DNA of 29,896 nucleotides from Okeania sp. (GTDB lineage Bacteria > Cyanobacteriota > Cyanobacteriia > Cyanobacteriales > Microcoleaceae). This document shows positions 1 through 8,652 of the stretch, in pieces. The stretch covers positions 1-29,896 of the forward strand of contig NZ_JAYKGW010000144.1 of NCBI RefSeq assembly GCF_035285525.1. The letters run 5' to 3'. Below the pieces are notes generated by a model. The model did no database searches. It had not been told where the DNA came from and saw nothing but the letters and a program-made list of their open reading frames with translations. The translations under genes were made by a program, and so were the position numbers. Each line of letters starts with the position of its first letter. Position 1 is the stretch's first letter.

Positions 1-134
1 GGGGTTTTTCAAGTGAGTTAAGCAGTTTTCCTAAAGTGAAATAAACCCGCCCCCCATATTAGTAGGGGGGGTTTTTCAAGTAAGTTAAGCAGTTTTCCTA
101 AAGTGAAATAAACCCGCCCCCCATATCAATAACA
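1..134. repeat. Tandem ~67-bp repeat, two nearly identical units, probably continuing left of the window. Each unit ends in a C6-7/G6-7 hairpin followed by a T-run (terminator-like).
   Basis: ggggtttttcaagtgagttaagcagttttcctaaagtgaaataaacccgccccccatat at 1 recurs at 68 with 1-2 mismatches. cccccc-atattagta-ggggggg forms a hairpin followed by ttttt. Confidence 0.85.
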
Positions 135-140
135 TGAGGA

Positions 141-1175
141 CTATTTCCGACACTCCCCTACTCCCCTACTCCTCCACTCTTCCACTCGCTCCCAAACCTG
201 TTCCCATAAATCGGAAGCATCCGCATCAAACCATTCAATCTCTGAATATGCTCGAAACCAAGTCCGTTGTCGTTTGGCAAACTGACGAGTATGTAAAACT
301 GTTGCCTCGATCGCTTCCTTCAAACTAATATCTCCTGCCAAATATTGTTTCATTTCCCCATAACCCAAAGTTTCCAACAACGGCAACTCCGTACCATATT
401 TTTCACACAAAAATTTTACCTCCTCCACTAACCCAACTTCCACCATTTTCTCAGTTCGATGACGAATACGTTCTCCCAAAACCTCCACATCACAATCTAA
501 CCCAATCTGTAAAATTGGATAATCTGGAGGATTTTCTCCCTGTTGTTGAGAAATGGGTTTCCCAGTCACATAAAATACTTCCAATGCTCGTAAAGTTCTC
601 ACCAGATCATTAGGGTGAATTTTCTCAGCAGCAATCCCATCAACCTGCTGCAACATTTTGTAACATTGATTTTGACCTAAATGTGATAAATGCGAGCGCA
701 ATTTTTCATTAGGTCCAACTCTAGGAATCTTCAAACCTTTAACTATTGCCTTAATGTACAAACCCGTACCCCCTACTAACAAAGGAGGTTGAGCAAAATT
801 AGTGTCACCAGTAGAGTCATTAAAATAGGAGTTAGGCAAACTCGCCAAGAAACCGGGTTTATTGCCCTGATTGTTGTTCAAACCAGGAAACTTAGTTGAT
901 AAACCCGGTTTCTGCATAAGTCTTGAAATTAAATGTTGTGTTTGTTCCTGATATTCTGCTAATGTTAAAGTCTTTGTTGGTTCACAAATATCTATTAAAT
1001 AATGAGGTACTAATTTCCGTTCTGTTATAGTTGGTTTTGCCGTGCCAATATTAAAATCTTTATAAACTTGACGGGAATCTGCACTGAGAATTACTGAATC
1101 CAATCTCTGGGCCAAATCCAAAGCTAATCCAGATTTACCCGTAGCAGTTGGCCCGCAAATAGTAATTAAAGTCAA
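141..1175 (-). CDS. miaA: tRNA dimethylallyltransferase (MiaA) with an in-frame ~32-aa insertion derived from a MITE-like repeat
   Basis: 344-aa ORF with a TTG start. It has the P-loop GPTATGKSGLA, VGGTGLYIKA, HPNDLVRTLRALEV and RQFAKRQRTWFR. The segment between LISRL and PPLLVGGTGLY is about 40 aa longer than in E. coli MiaA. Confidence 0.9.
   Translation of the reverse strand: MTLITICGPTATGKSGLALDLAQRLDSVILSADSRQVYKDFNIGTAKPTITERKLVPHYLIDICEPTKTLTLAEYQEQTQHLISRLMQKPGLSTKFPGLNNNQGNKPGFLASLPNSYFNDSTGDTNFAQPPLLVGGTGLYIKAIVKGLKIPRVGPNEKLRSHLSHLGQNQCYKMLQQVDGIAAEKIHPNDLVRTLRALEVFYVTGKPISQQQGENPPDYPILQIGLDCDVEVLGERIRHRTEKMVEVGLVEEVKFLCEKYGTELPLLETLGYGEMKQYLAGDISLKEAIEATVLHTRQFAKRQRTWFRAYSEIEWFDADASDLWEQVWERVEEWRSRGVGECRK
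829..924. mobile_element. MITE-like repeat (family 1) inserted in frame inside miaA
   Basis: aggagttaggcaaactcgccaagaaaccgggtttattgccctgattgttgttcaaaccaggaaacttagttgataaacccggtttctgcataagtct aligns along its whole length with the intergenic copy at 13148-13247. It is 96 bp, which equals 32 codons. Confidence 0.75.
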
Positions 1176-1330
1176 AATTCAAAATTCATGCATTCAAAAG
1201 TTAAGACTAAAAGAAATTATTAGTTAGTCTATAATATTAACACTTATTTATTTATGCAAAGAAACCAGGTTTATGGGTTGGTTTTTCGATTTTTCCCTTT
1301 TAGCCTTGATAAACCCCATTTTTGAGTATC

Positions 1331-1361
1331 ACTCCTACTGACTCCTGACTCCTGACTCCTG
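1331..1361. repeat. STRR-type heptamer tract (ACTCCTG x3 perfect, plus one degenerate unit)
   Basis: actcctactg actcctg actcctg actcctg, in the miaA/gyrB divergent intergenic region. Confidence 0.8.
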
Positions 1362-1428
1362 AATACTATCTACATACCCTAAATAAATTTCTTCCCAAAA
1401 TACTCTATAGTCGCATTGAAGGCATTTA

Positions 1429-1437
1429 TGCTATAAT
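1429..1437 (+). promoter_or_regulatory. Candidate extended -10 element (TGCTATAAT) for gyrB
   Basis: Perfect TGnTATAAT about 67 nt upstream of the gyrB ATG. No convincing -35 hexamer. Confidence 0.3.
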
Positions 1438-1503
1438 TTACAAGAAAAATTTCATTTATTAACGAAAGTTAGTATTAAAGCCATTATAGGGAGAGATATT
1501 GCT

Positions 1504-4236
1504 ATGGCCAGCAACAATTATGGCGCTGAACAAATACAAGTTCTGGAAGGTCTGGAAGCGGTAAGGAAGCGACCGGGAATGTACATTGGTTCCACGGGGC
1601 CTCGTGGACTCCATCATCTAATCTACGAAGTAGTTGATAACTCCATTGATGAGGCACTTGCTGGTTATTGCACCCACATTGAAGTTGACCTAAATGAAGA
1701 TGGGTCTGTCAAAATTACAGATGATGGCCGGGGTATTCCAGTTGATACCCATTCTAAAACAGGTAAGTCTGCTTTGGAAACAGTTATGACTGTTCTCCAC
1801 GCTGGAGGTAAGTTTGGTGGAGGTGGATATAAAGTTTCTGGGGGATTACATGGTGTGGGGGTTTCCGTCGTGAATGCTTTGTCAGAATGGGTAGAGGTAA
1901 CGGTTTGGCGGGATAAAAAGACACATATTCAAGGTTATGAACGTGGTAAACCTACCGGGGACTTAACATCTAAATCTAATAAAGAAAAGCGCACAGGTAC
2001 ATCAGTACATTTTTTGCCAGATGAGGAAATTTTTACTACAGGTATCGAATTTGACTACAATACCATAGTTGGTCGTCTGCGAGAACTAGCATATTTGAAT
2101 GCAGGTGTCAAGATTACAATTACAGATCATCGCCTGGAGTTACTCAAAAGTGATGAACCGCGAGTAGAGTCTTATTGTTATGAGGGTGGTATTAAGGAAT
2201 ATGTCACTTACATGAACCGGGAAAAACAACCTTTGCATGAAGAAGTGATTTTTGTGCAAGGAGAAAAGAATGATGTGCAAGTGGAAGTAGCTTTGCAATG
2301 GTGTGTGGATGCTTTTAGTGATAATGTTCTGGGTTTTGCTAACAATATTAGAACTGTTGATGGTGGTACTCATTTGGAGGGTTTAAAAACTGTTTTAACC
2401 AGAACCATGAATGGTATTGCTCGAAAGCGGAATAAACTTAAAGAAAGTGAGGCAAATTTAGGTGGTGAAAATGTTAGGGAAGGATTAACAGCAGTTATTT
2501 CTGTGAAGGTTCCAGAACCAGAATTTGAAGGTCAAACTAAAACTAAATTAGGCAATACTGAAGTGAGGGGTATTGTTGATTCTTTGGTGGGAGAAGTTTT
2601 AACTGAATATTTCGACTTTAATCCTCAAGTTGCAGATGCAGTTTTAGAGAAAGCTATTCAAGCTTTTAAAGCAGCAGAAGCAGCTCGTCGAGCGAGGGAT
2701 TTAGTGAGGAGAAAATCAGTTTTAGAATCTTCTCCATTACCAGGAAAACTGGCAGATTGCAGTACGAAAAACCCTGAAGAATCAGAGATTTACCTCGTCG
2801 AAGGCGATAGTGCATCTGGCTGTTTTTATGGCAATCAACAAGTTATTTTAGCTGATGGACGTAGACTTAGCTTTATAGAAATAGTAGCCGAACAAGCAGA
2901 GGGTAAAGAACATTTTTGTTACACAATTAATGAGAGTGGAAATGTGGCAATTGAACGGATAATTAATGCTAGAATAACTAAGAAAAATGCCACGGTAATT
3001 AAGATAACTTTGGATAATAATGAAACTATAATTTGTACTCCAGATCATCCTTTTATGCTCAGAGATGGTAGTTATAAACCAGCAGCTTTATTAACACCAA
3101 GTGATTCTTTAATGCCTCTGTATCAAAAGTTATCTCAAAAGACAGAAACTGGTGATGGATTAGATGGTTATGAAATGATCTGGAATCCTCAAAAAGAACG
3201 TTGGATTTATACACATTTGTTGGCAGATTTTTATAACTTGGGACTTACGCAAACGAATCCAGAAACCGGGTTTTTGAGTCAATGTTTTAAAAACCCGGTT
3301 TCTTTGCTTAAGTCCCCTGAGTCAGTAGATGGAAACCACGATCATCATGTTGATTTTAATAAACTGAATAATAATCCTAATAATATTCAGCGACTTCCAA
3401 CTGAGGAAGACTTGGCATTCCAGAGGGAAAATCTTGAGTTCACATCTCGCTGCTCTGAAAGAGACGAACTTTTAGCACAAGATGCTATTCGTAACTATAA
3501 TCATCGGGTTGTTTCTATCGAACCGTTGACAGAGCGACAAGATGTTTATGATATAGAAGTTCCCAATACTCATAATTTTGCTCTAGCGAGTGGAGTTTTT
3601 GTGCATAATAGTGCTAAACAAGGTCGCGATCGCCGTTTCCAAGCTATATTGCCGTTGCGAGGTAAAATTATCAACATTGAAAAAACGGACGATGCCAAAA
3701 TCTACAAAAATAATGAAATTCAATCTATGATTACAGCTTTAGGTTTAGGTATCAAAGGCGAAGAGTTTGATCCTTCTCAACTGCGCTATCATAAGGTAAT
3801 TATTATGACTGATGCTGATGTTGATGGTTCCCACATCCGCACATTGTTGTTGACCTTTTTCTACCGATACCAAAGAGCATTAGTAGACCAGGGTTATATC
3901 TATATTGCTTGTCCTCCATTGTACAAAGTGGAACGGGGTAAGAATCATTATTATTGTTATAGCGATCGCGAACTTGAACAACTGATTGCCAATGAGTTTC
4001 CTGGGAATGCCAACTATACTATCCAACGATTTAAAGGTTTGGGTGAAATGATGCCAGTTCAGTTGTGGGATACAACCATGAACCCTGATACTCGGACATT
4101 GAAGCGGGTAGAAATTGAAGATGCTGCGGAAGCGGATCGGATATTTACCGTTTTGATGGGCGATCGGGTGGCGCCGAGACGTGAGTTTATTGAGACTTAC
4201 GGACCTAAATTGAAGATTACGGACTTGGATATTTAA
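1504..4236 (+). CDS. gyrB: DNA gyrase subunit B, intein-containing precursor (910 aa; about 647 aa after splicing)
   Basis: The N-terminus carries GHKL ATPase motifs: [33 protein letters not shown] and [15 protein letters not shown]. The Toprim EGDSA...[19 protein letters not shown] is split by the intein. C-terminal motifs are [20 protein letters not shown] and QRFKGLGEM. Confidence 0.95.
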   Translation: MASNNYGAEQIQVLEGLEAVRKRPGMYIGSTGPRGLHHLIYEVVDNSIDEALAGYCTHIEVDLNEDGSVKITDDGRGIPVDTHSKTGKSALETVMTVLHAGGKFGGGGYKVSGGLHGVGVSVVNALSEWVEVTVWRDKKTHIQGYERGKPTGDLTSKSNKEKRTGTSVHFLPDEEIFTTGIEFDYNTIVGRLRELAYLNAGVKITITDHRLELLKSDEPRVESYCYEGGIKEYVTYMNREKQPLHEEVIFVQGEKNDVQVEVALQWCVDAFSDNVLGFANNIRTVDGGTHLEGLKTVLTRTMNGIARKRNKLKESEANLGGENVREGLTAVISVKVPEPEFEGQTKTKLGNTEVRGIVDSLVGEVLTEYFDFNPQVADAVLEKAIQAFKAAEAARRARDLVRRKSVLESSPLPGKLADCSTKNPEESEIYLVEGDSASGCFYGNQQVILADGRRLSFIEIVAEQAEGKEHFCYTINESGNVAIERIINARITKKNATVIKITLDNNETIICTPDHPFMLRDGSYKPAALLTPSDSLMPLYQKLSQKTETGDGLDGYEMIWNPQKERWIYTHLLADFYNLGLTQTNPETGFLSQCFKNPVSLLKSPESVDGNHDHHVDFNKLNNNPNNIQRLPTEEDLAFQRENLEFTSRCSERDELLAQDAIRNYNHRVVSIEPLTERQDVYDIEVPNTHNFALASGVFVHNSAKQGRDRRFQAILPLRGKIINIEKTDDAKIYKNNEIQSMITALGLGIKGEEFDPSQLRYHKVIIMTDADVDGSHIRTLLLTFFYRYQRALVDQGYIYIACPPLYKVERGKNHYYCYSDRELEQLIANEFPGNANYTIQRFKGLGEMMPVQLWDTTMNPDTRTLKRVEIEDAAEADRIFTVLMGDRVAPRREFIETYGPKLKITDLDI
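2821..3609 (+). other. Intein (263 aa) in the GyrB Toprim motif, with a short HNH-like endonuclease relic
   Basis: The sequence reads [10 protein letters not shown]|[10 protein letters not shown]...GVFVHN|SAKQGRD. The Cys1 codon is at 2821, the terminal His-Asn at 3604-3609 and the +1 Ser at 3610. A block-B-like TPDHPF is present. [21 protein letters not shown] resembles an HNH motif. Confidence 0.85.
3241..3315. mobile_element. Short MITE-like repeat (family 1 termini) inserted in frame inside the gyrB intein
   Basis: ggacttacgcaaacg...cagaaaccgggttt...aaacccggtttct...ttgcttaagtcc. The terminal inverted repeats GGACTTACGCA/TGCTTAAGTCC and the internal aaaccgggttt/aaacccggttt arms match the intergenic copies. 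It is 75 bp, which equals 25 codons ([25 protein letters not shown]). Confidence 0.7.
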
Positions 4237-4293
4237 TATTTAATATTTAATATTTAATAATTGATAATTGATAATTGATAATGAGTAATGAAT
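4231..4293. repeat. STRR-type heptamer tract of nine phased units (ATTTAAT x4, AATTGAT x3, AATGAGT, AATGAAT), overlapping the gyrB stop codon
   Basis: Direct reading of 4231-4293 shows nine consecutive heptamers in register. Confidence 0.85.
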
Positions 4294-4619
4294 AACAGAT
4301 GAATCATCGAAGTGGATAATGAAAACTATCTCTAATTATCAATTATCTGTTGGTAAGTTTTTATCCTAGGGGTTTGGTCTCCAAACCCAAGCAAAAATTT
4401 AGTATTATTATAGTGACTTAAATTATGTTATTCAATTTGTATCACCACAAGTTCTATAATACCTATCCTTCCTTTCACATTATAAAATCTTGATAACTTT
4501 TAGTAAAATCAACAGTTATCTAACATAGTGATAGTAAGAATATATATTTTTTCTGTACCCCACACTTTCCCAATTATTTATTCCATTACTATCTACCATC
4601 ATCAGATTAACTACTCTGC

Positions 4620-5060
4620 TCAACGCTGTATATTTGCTTCCATAGAACTAAACAAAGAAGGACCTTTTAAAATACCACTACTGGAGTAATATCGATCTTT
4701 GTCTAGGCGGAGTAAAGTTTCAAAACCACTACGACGTTGGGGGTCATTTCCTAGTACCCAATACCTCTGAATAATTGAATTAAGACCAAGCCATCCTTCC
4801 CCTTCAACTTTTCCCAGGTCACTGTGTTGTATAACAAAGGTATAGCGTTGTTCATTATTGTCAAGACGTCCTTTATAATCTAAAGAAATGTCCTTAAGTT
4901 CTTGACTAGGAAATATTAATTCTGTTTTCATAGAGAACCAATCTGTACGATCCCATGTCACGATAGTTTTACCCTCAACAGCAATCAACATTCCATCGCG
5001 CTTCAGCCAATGTCCTTTTATCTTCCATGTGCCTGATTCTAATATATATGTATGAACCAC
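4620..5060 (-). CDS. Hypothetical protein (146 aa, beta-rich, no recognisable motif)
   Basis: A clean 146-aa ORF with non-repetitive composition and no overlapping longer ORF. I recognise no signature. Confidence 0.5.
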   Translation of the reverse strand: MVHTYILESGTWKIKGHWLKRDGMLIAVEGKTIVTWDRTDWFSMKTELIFPSQELKDISLDYKGRLDNNEQRYTFVIQHSDLGKVEGEGWLGLNSIIQRYWVLGNDPQRRSGFETLLRLDKDRYYSSSGILKGPSLFSSMEANIQR

Positions 5061-5462
5061 AGTCCTATTCCTATACTGTTAATGCTAGTTTAATCAAGTT
5101 TACGGCTTGGACGCCTAACCATTACCATTAGGTCAGGTGGGTAGTAAAGCTGCCATTATTACCCATTGTATCTAGTCAACTAAAAGGATACAGACTCAGG
5201 AAAAATATTTGGCTAATTATACTAAAAGTCCAATGGCTTTTTTTACCTAGCCAGAAAAATTAAGTAGATTTACTTACCAAGTATAGTTTTAGCAATACAC
5301 CAGTATTTTAGACTATCTCAAGGAGTTGTATACAAAAATTAGGAGTAGTTTAATAATTAATAATTAATAATTACCTATTCTTATAGGGAAAAGGATTAGC
5401 TCAAAAGAATTTTTTCTTTATATTAAAGTAAGGGTTAGGAGTTAGGTATTTTTACTTAAAAA

Positions 5463-5535
5463 TGAGCACGGAGGGATTTGAACCCCCGACACCCAGAACC
5501 GGAATCTGGTGCTCTATCCACTGAGCTACGCGCCC
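5463..5535 (-). tRNA. tRNA-Arg (anticodon CCG)
   Basis: The minus-strand sequence GGGCGCGTAGCTCAGTGGATAGAGCACCAGATTCCGGTTCTGGGTGTCGGGGGTTCAAATCCCTCCGTGCTCA folds as a 73-nt cloverleaf. It has a 7-bp acceptor stem, a GCTC/GAGC D stem, a CCAGA/TCTGG anticodon stem with loop TTCCGGT, and a GGGGG/CCCTC T stem with TTCAAAT. CCA is not encoded. Confidence 0.93.
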
Positions 5536-5617
5536 TAAACATCTTAAAGATAAGGATAGCATTTCTAGTGTAAAAGTAGCAATAGGAAAATTATTATTTT
5601 TCCTTAAAGGGTCATTT

Positions 5618-5652
5618 CAGTTATCAGTTAAGAGTTACCAGTTATCAGTACC
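5618..5652. repeat. STRR-type heptamer tract (CAGTTAT-like x5)
   Basis: cagttat cagttaa gagttac cagttat cagtacc. Confidence 0.7.
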
Positions 5653-5674
5653 TCTGGTTTTAGCTATTACCTAC

Positions 5675-5802
5675 AGGACTTAAGCAGAACCACCATAACC
5701 ATATATAATATAGTAGTGGCGATTCGCGCAATAAATATAGTAGCATTCTACAGGAAATTGCCACTACAGATGGTGTATGATTTGATATTTTGCGTAAGTC
5801 CT
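5675..5802. mobile_element. MITE-like repeat (family 1 termini, different core)
   Basis: Terminal inverted repeats are aggacttaagcag ... ttgcgtaagtcct. The core has an internal inverted repeat gtagtggc...gccactac. Confidence 0.65.
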
Positions 5803-6226
5803 GACCCAGATATTTCTTAACATAAAACTTGACAAAATTGACAAGTTATGCACAAGTCTTAGTTCGACTTTTTCGGGAGAAAAATGTATGAAAAAACACT
5901 TTTTTTTGTGATTGCTTAAACTTGTTTTACCCAAGGATTAATAATTAAATAATTCGGGGCTTGAAGCCTCCCCTTGGAAGGGGAAAAAATTTATTTTTTC
6001 CTTTTATTTAATCCTATCCGTTTTTAGGGAGAGGTAATTATCAATTATCCATTATTGAATTAGCTACTATCATTTTTTCTCCTTTCTCCCCTACTCTCTT
6101 TTCCCCCTTCCCCTTCTGGGAGGGGCTAGGGGTGTGTCTCAAACTTTTTAAGAGTTATGGGTAAGGGATAGCTGAAAAGGGAAGGCTTTAGACCCAAATT
6201 TTCGGTAAAATTGTCACTGTACGATT

Positions 6227-7273
6227 TTGGACTGTAACAAAAGCATGGAAACAACTTATCATAACTTAGTAGCCAAATTAAAATCCTTATCAGAAAATTT
6301 TCCTAATTTAGGTATTCGTCTCTCCATAGCAGCTAAAGAACTACAAAATATAGGTACTCCCTTTTCAGAAAGTTTACTAGAAGAACTGATGGCCTATAAT
6401 AAAGATTTTACTGAAATCAAAGAACAGGGACTAAAACTAGCAGAAACATCTCAAATTTCTACTGGGGCAATATTTTCCTTGACAGACTTAGAAAACTTAA
6501 TTACAGCAGTTACACAAAATACAGAATCATCTGACTCCTTAGCAACAACATCTAAAAGTAAATTACCTGTACTGGAAGACTTAGAGCGAACTAAAAATAT
6601 TACTAATCAATCAACCGATTCTCAAAAATCAACTACTGCAAACTTACAACCTTTAATAGTAGTACCTTCTGGTGGTAGTGAACCTACTCAAACACCTATT
6701 GATGATCCAGATATAATTATTTTAGAAGCTCCGACACCAGCAAAAGCTCAAGAAGAAATTATTATTGTTCCTGGTGTCGAAACGCCTCAAAATTCTCCTC
6801 AACAAATTCAAAGACCAAATGTTATGTTTGGAGAAACTACTAATAAACTCTCAGAAAGTTCTGTAGGATTAAAAATTATAGTTCATATACAAAATTTCGG
6901 CGATCGCTCTTTTGCTGCTGGAGAATATGCAGGTACTCGTGGTCAAGGTTACCGTGTGGAAGCTTTTCAAATTAACATAGAACCCCCCATTGCTGGATTA
7001 AATTTAGAATATATGGCAAATATTGGTGGAGTTGGCGATACTCCTTGGTTAGAAGCTGGAAAACTCGCCGGGGAACGTGGAAGAGCGCGTAGGTTAGAAG
7101 GATTTGCCATACGACTTACAGGTTCTCAAGGCAGTAGTTATGATATATTCTACACTGCTCATGTGCAAAATATTGGAGATTCGCCGGTTTATACCAATGG
7201 TCAATACTGTGGTACTCGCAATAAATCTCTGAGAATAGAGGGAATGAAAGTTTGGATAGAACCTAAAAGCTAG
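6227..7273 (+). CDS. Hypothetical protein with a low-complexity Pro/Thr/Gln linker and three C-terminal ChW-like repeats. The start may be the ATG at 6245.
   Basis: Three ~40-aa repeats are visible: ...VHIQNFGDRSFAAGEYAGTRGQGYRVEAFQINI, ...YMANIGGVGDTPWLEAGKLAGERGRARRLEGFAIRL and ...YTAHVQNIGDSPVYTNGQYCGTRNKSLRIEGMKVWI. Their pattern (aromatic-x-a-h-v-q..G....G..aGT.G....lEg..i) resembles clostridial hydrophobic-W (ChW) repeats. Confidence 0.6.
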   Translation: MDCNKSMETTYHNLVAKLKSLSENFPNLGIRLSIAAKELQNIGTPFSESLLEELMAYNKDFTEIKEQGLKLAETSQISTGAIFSLTDLENLITAVTQNTESSDSLATTSKSKLPVLEDLERTKNITNQSTDSQKSTTANLQPLIVVPSGGSEPTQTPIDDPDIIILEAPTPAKAQEEIIIVPGVETPQNSPQQIQRPNVMFGETTNKLSESSVGLKIIVHIQNFGDRSFAAGEYAGTRGQGYRVEAFQINIEPPIAGLNLEYMANIGGVGDTPWLEAGKLAGERGRARRLEGFAIRLTGSQGSSYDIFYTAHVQNIGDSPVYTNGQYCGTRNKSLRIEGMKVWIEPKS

Positions 7274-7334
7274 CAGTGAGGAGAGAGGGAAGTGCAGGAG
7301 GTGTGGGAAGTGTGGGGAGAGATTAAAAGTAGGA

Positions 7335-7432
7335 CAGGACTTACGCAAAGGTACTATATCATAGATATAGAGTTTTTTAACTATTGCGCAATAGTTAAAA
7401 GCACTATATCTAGGGTCGCTGCGTAAGTCCTG
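7335..7432. mobile_element. MITE-like repeat (family 1 termini) with a palindromic core
   Basis: Terminal inverted repeats are caggacttacgcaaagg ... gctgcgtaagtcctg. The core holds the 20-bp perfect palindrome taactattgcgcaatagtta. Confidence 0.7.
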
Positions 7433-7706
7433 TAGGAAAAATAATTATTAAACAACTAATAATTGTTACGCAACAGACTTTGAATCTTGGTAACTATTGA
7501 GGTGTTATTAAGGTGTTAAAGTATAGCTTAAGTCAAGCATTACTTTTAGTAATTGCTATAAGGTTTTTATCCTCTTAAAGTTTCTTCTTTCTTGCTTTGA
7601 ACAATTAATAATTAATAATTACCCCTTCTTTAAAGAAGGGGATTGACGAATATAGCAACCCTAAACTGAACTGTATTTAGTTATCATCAATAAAAATTTT
7701 TAATTA

Positions 7707-8603
7707 GTGCTAATGTTTCCTGATTTTTTACCAAAATTAACTGCAAATCTGAGTGAATCTACATCTATTTATTTTGCTGAAAATATTCAGTCTAAATTAA
7801 TTTATACTTCTCTTATTTCTCAACCAATTAATACAACTTTTGTATCTAAAGGTAAGGGTGGTACTCCAATTTTATTACTGCATGGTTTTGATAGTTCTAT
7901 TTTTGAATTTCGTCGCCTTTTACCATTACTTGCTACTGAAAATGAAACTTGGGCAGTAGATTTATTAGGGTTTGGTTTTACAGATAGATTACCTAATTTA
8001 AAAATTAATCCAAGAGCGATCGCTACTCATGTTTATTGTGTCTGGAAAAGTTTAATTAATCAACCTATTATTTTAGTAGGTGCTTCTATGGGTGGTGCTG
8101 CTGCTATTGATTTTACTTTAAATTATCCAGAATTTGTGCAAAAATTAGTATTAATTGATAGTGTTGGATTGAAAAATAATCCGATTATTAGTAAGTTTAT
8201 ATTTCCCCCACTTGACTATTTCGCTACAGAATTTTTGCGTCGTCCCCAGGTACGACAAAATATTAGTCGTAGTGCTTATTTTGATAAAAGTTTTGCAACT
8301 TTAGATGCTAATATTTGTGCTAGATTACATTTAGAAATGCCTGGTTGGAATCAAGCCTTAATTTCTTTTACTAAAAGTGGTGGGTATGGTAATTTCAAAC
8401 AAAAATTACATTTGATTCAGCAACAAACTTTGATTTTGTGGGGAGAGAATGATAATATTTTAGGTACTGGTGATGCTGCTAAATTGGAAGAAGCGATCGC
8501 TAATTCTCAACTGATTTGGATTTCTAATTGTGGTCATGTTCCTCATTTGGAAAAAGCAGAAGTTACTGCTAATTATATTCTGGATTTTATAAGAGAAAAC
8601 TAA
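7707..8603 (+). CDS. Alpha/beta-fold hydrolase (GTG start at 7707 or ATG at 7713)
   Basis: It has the LLLHGFDSS oxyanion region, the nucleophile elbow GASMGG, and WGENDNIL followed by CGHVPHLE (catalytic His region). Confidence 0.8.
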   Translation: MLMFPDFLPKLTANLSESTSIYFAENIQSKLIYTSLISQPINTTFVSKGKGGTPILLLHGFDSSIFEFRRLLPLLATENETWAVDLLGFGFTDRLPNLKINPRAIATHVYCVWKSLINQPIILVGASMGGAAAIDFTLNYPEFVQKLVLIDSVGLKNNPIISKFIFPPLDYFATEFLRRPQVRQNISRSAYFDKSFATLDANICARLHLEMPGWNQALISFTKSGGYGNFKQKLHLIQQQTLILWGENDNILGTGDAAKLEEAIANSQLIWISNCGHVPHLEKAEVTANYILDFIREN

Positions 8604-8652
8604 TGACAAATTTCTTAAATTTAGATGTTAAAATTGAAATACCATAACTAAA

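Noticed and set aside
1-134. Possible CRISPR array (repeated ~67-bp units with hairpins)
   Set aside because: The units are identical along their whole length with no unique spacers between them. This is a plain tandem repeat, and no cas genes are nearby.
134-328. 64-aa plus-strand ORF
   Set aside because: It lies entirely antisense to the well-supported miaA 3' end and has low-complexity Pro/Leu-rich composition.
2140-3048. Minus-strand ORFs 2140-2373 and 2848-3048
   Set aside because: They are antisense to gyrB and its intein, with AT-rich-codon artefact composition (Ile/Phe/Asn/Tyr-rich).
5829-5915. Double TTGACA motif and an 11-codon mini-ORF (MYEKTLFFVIA)
   Set aside because: No properly spaced -10 element lies behind either TTGACA, and the mini-ORF has no RBS or conservation evidence. 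It is too weak to call.
7094-7348. 84-aa minus-strand ORF
   Set aside because: It overlaps the 3' end of the ChW-like gene in antisense and runs into a repeat tract. No motif is present.
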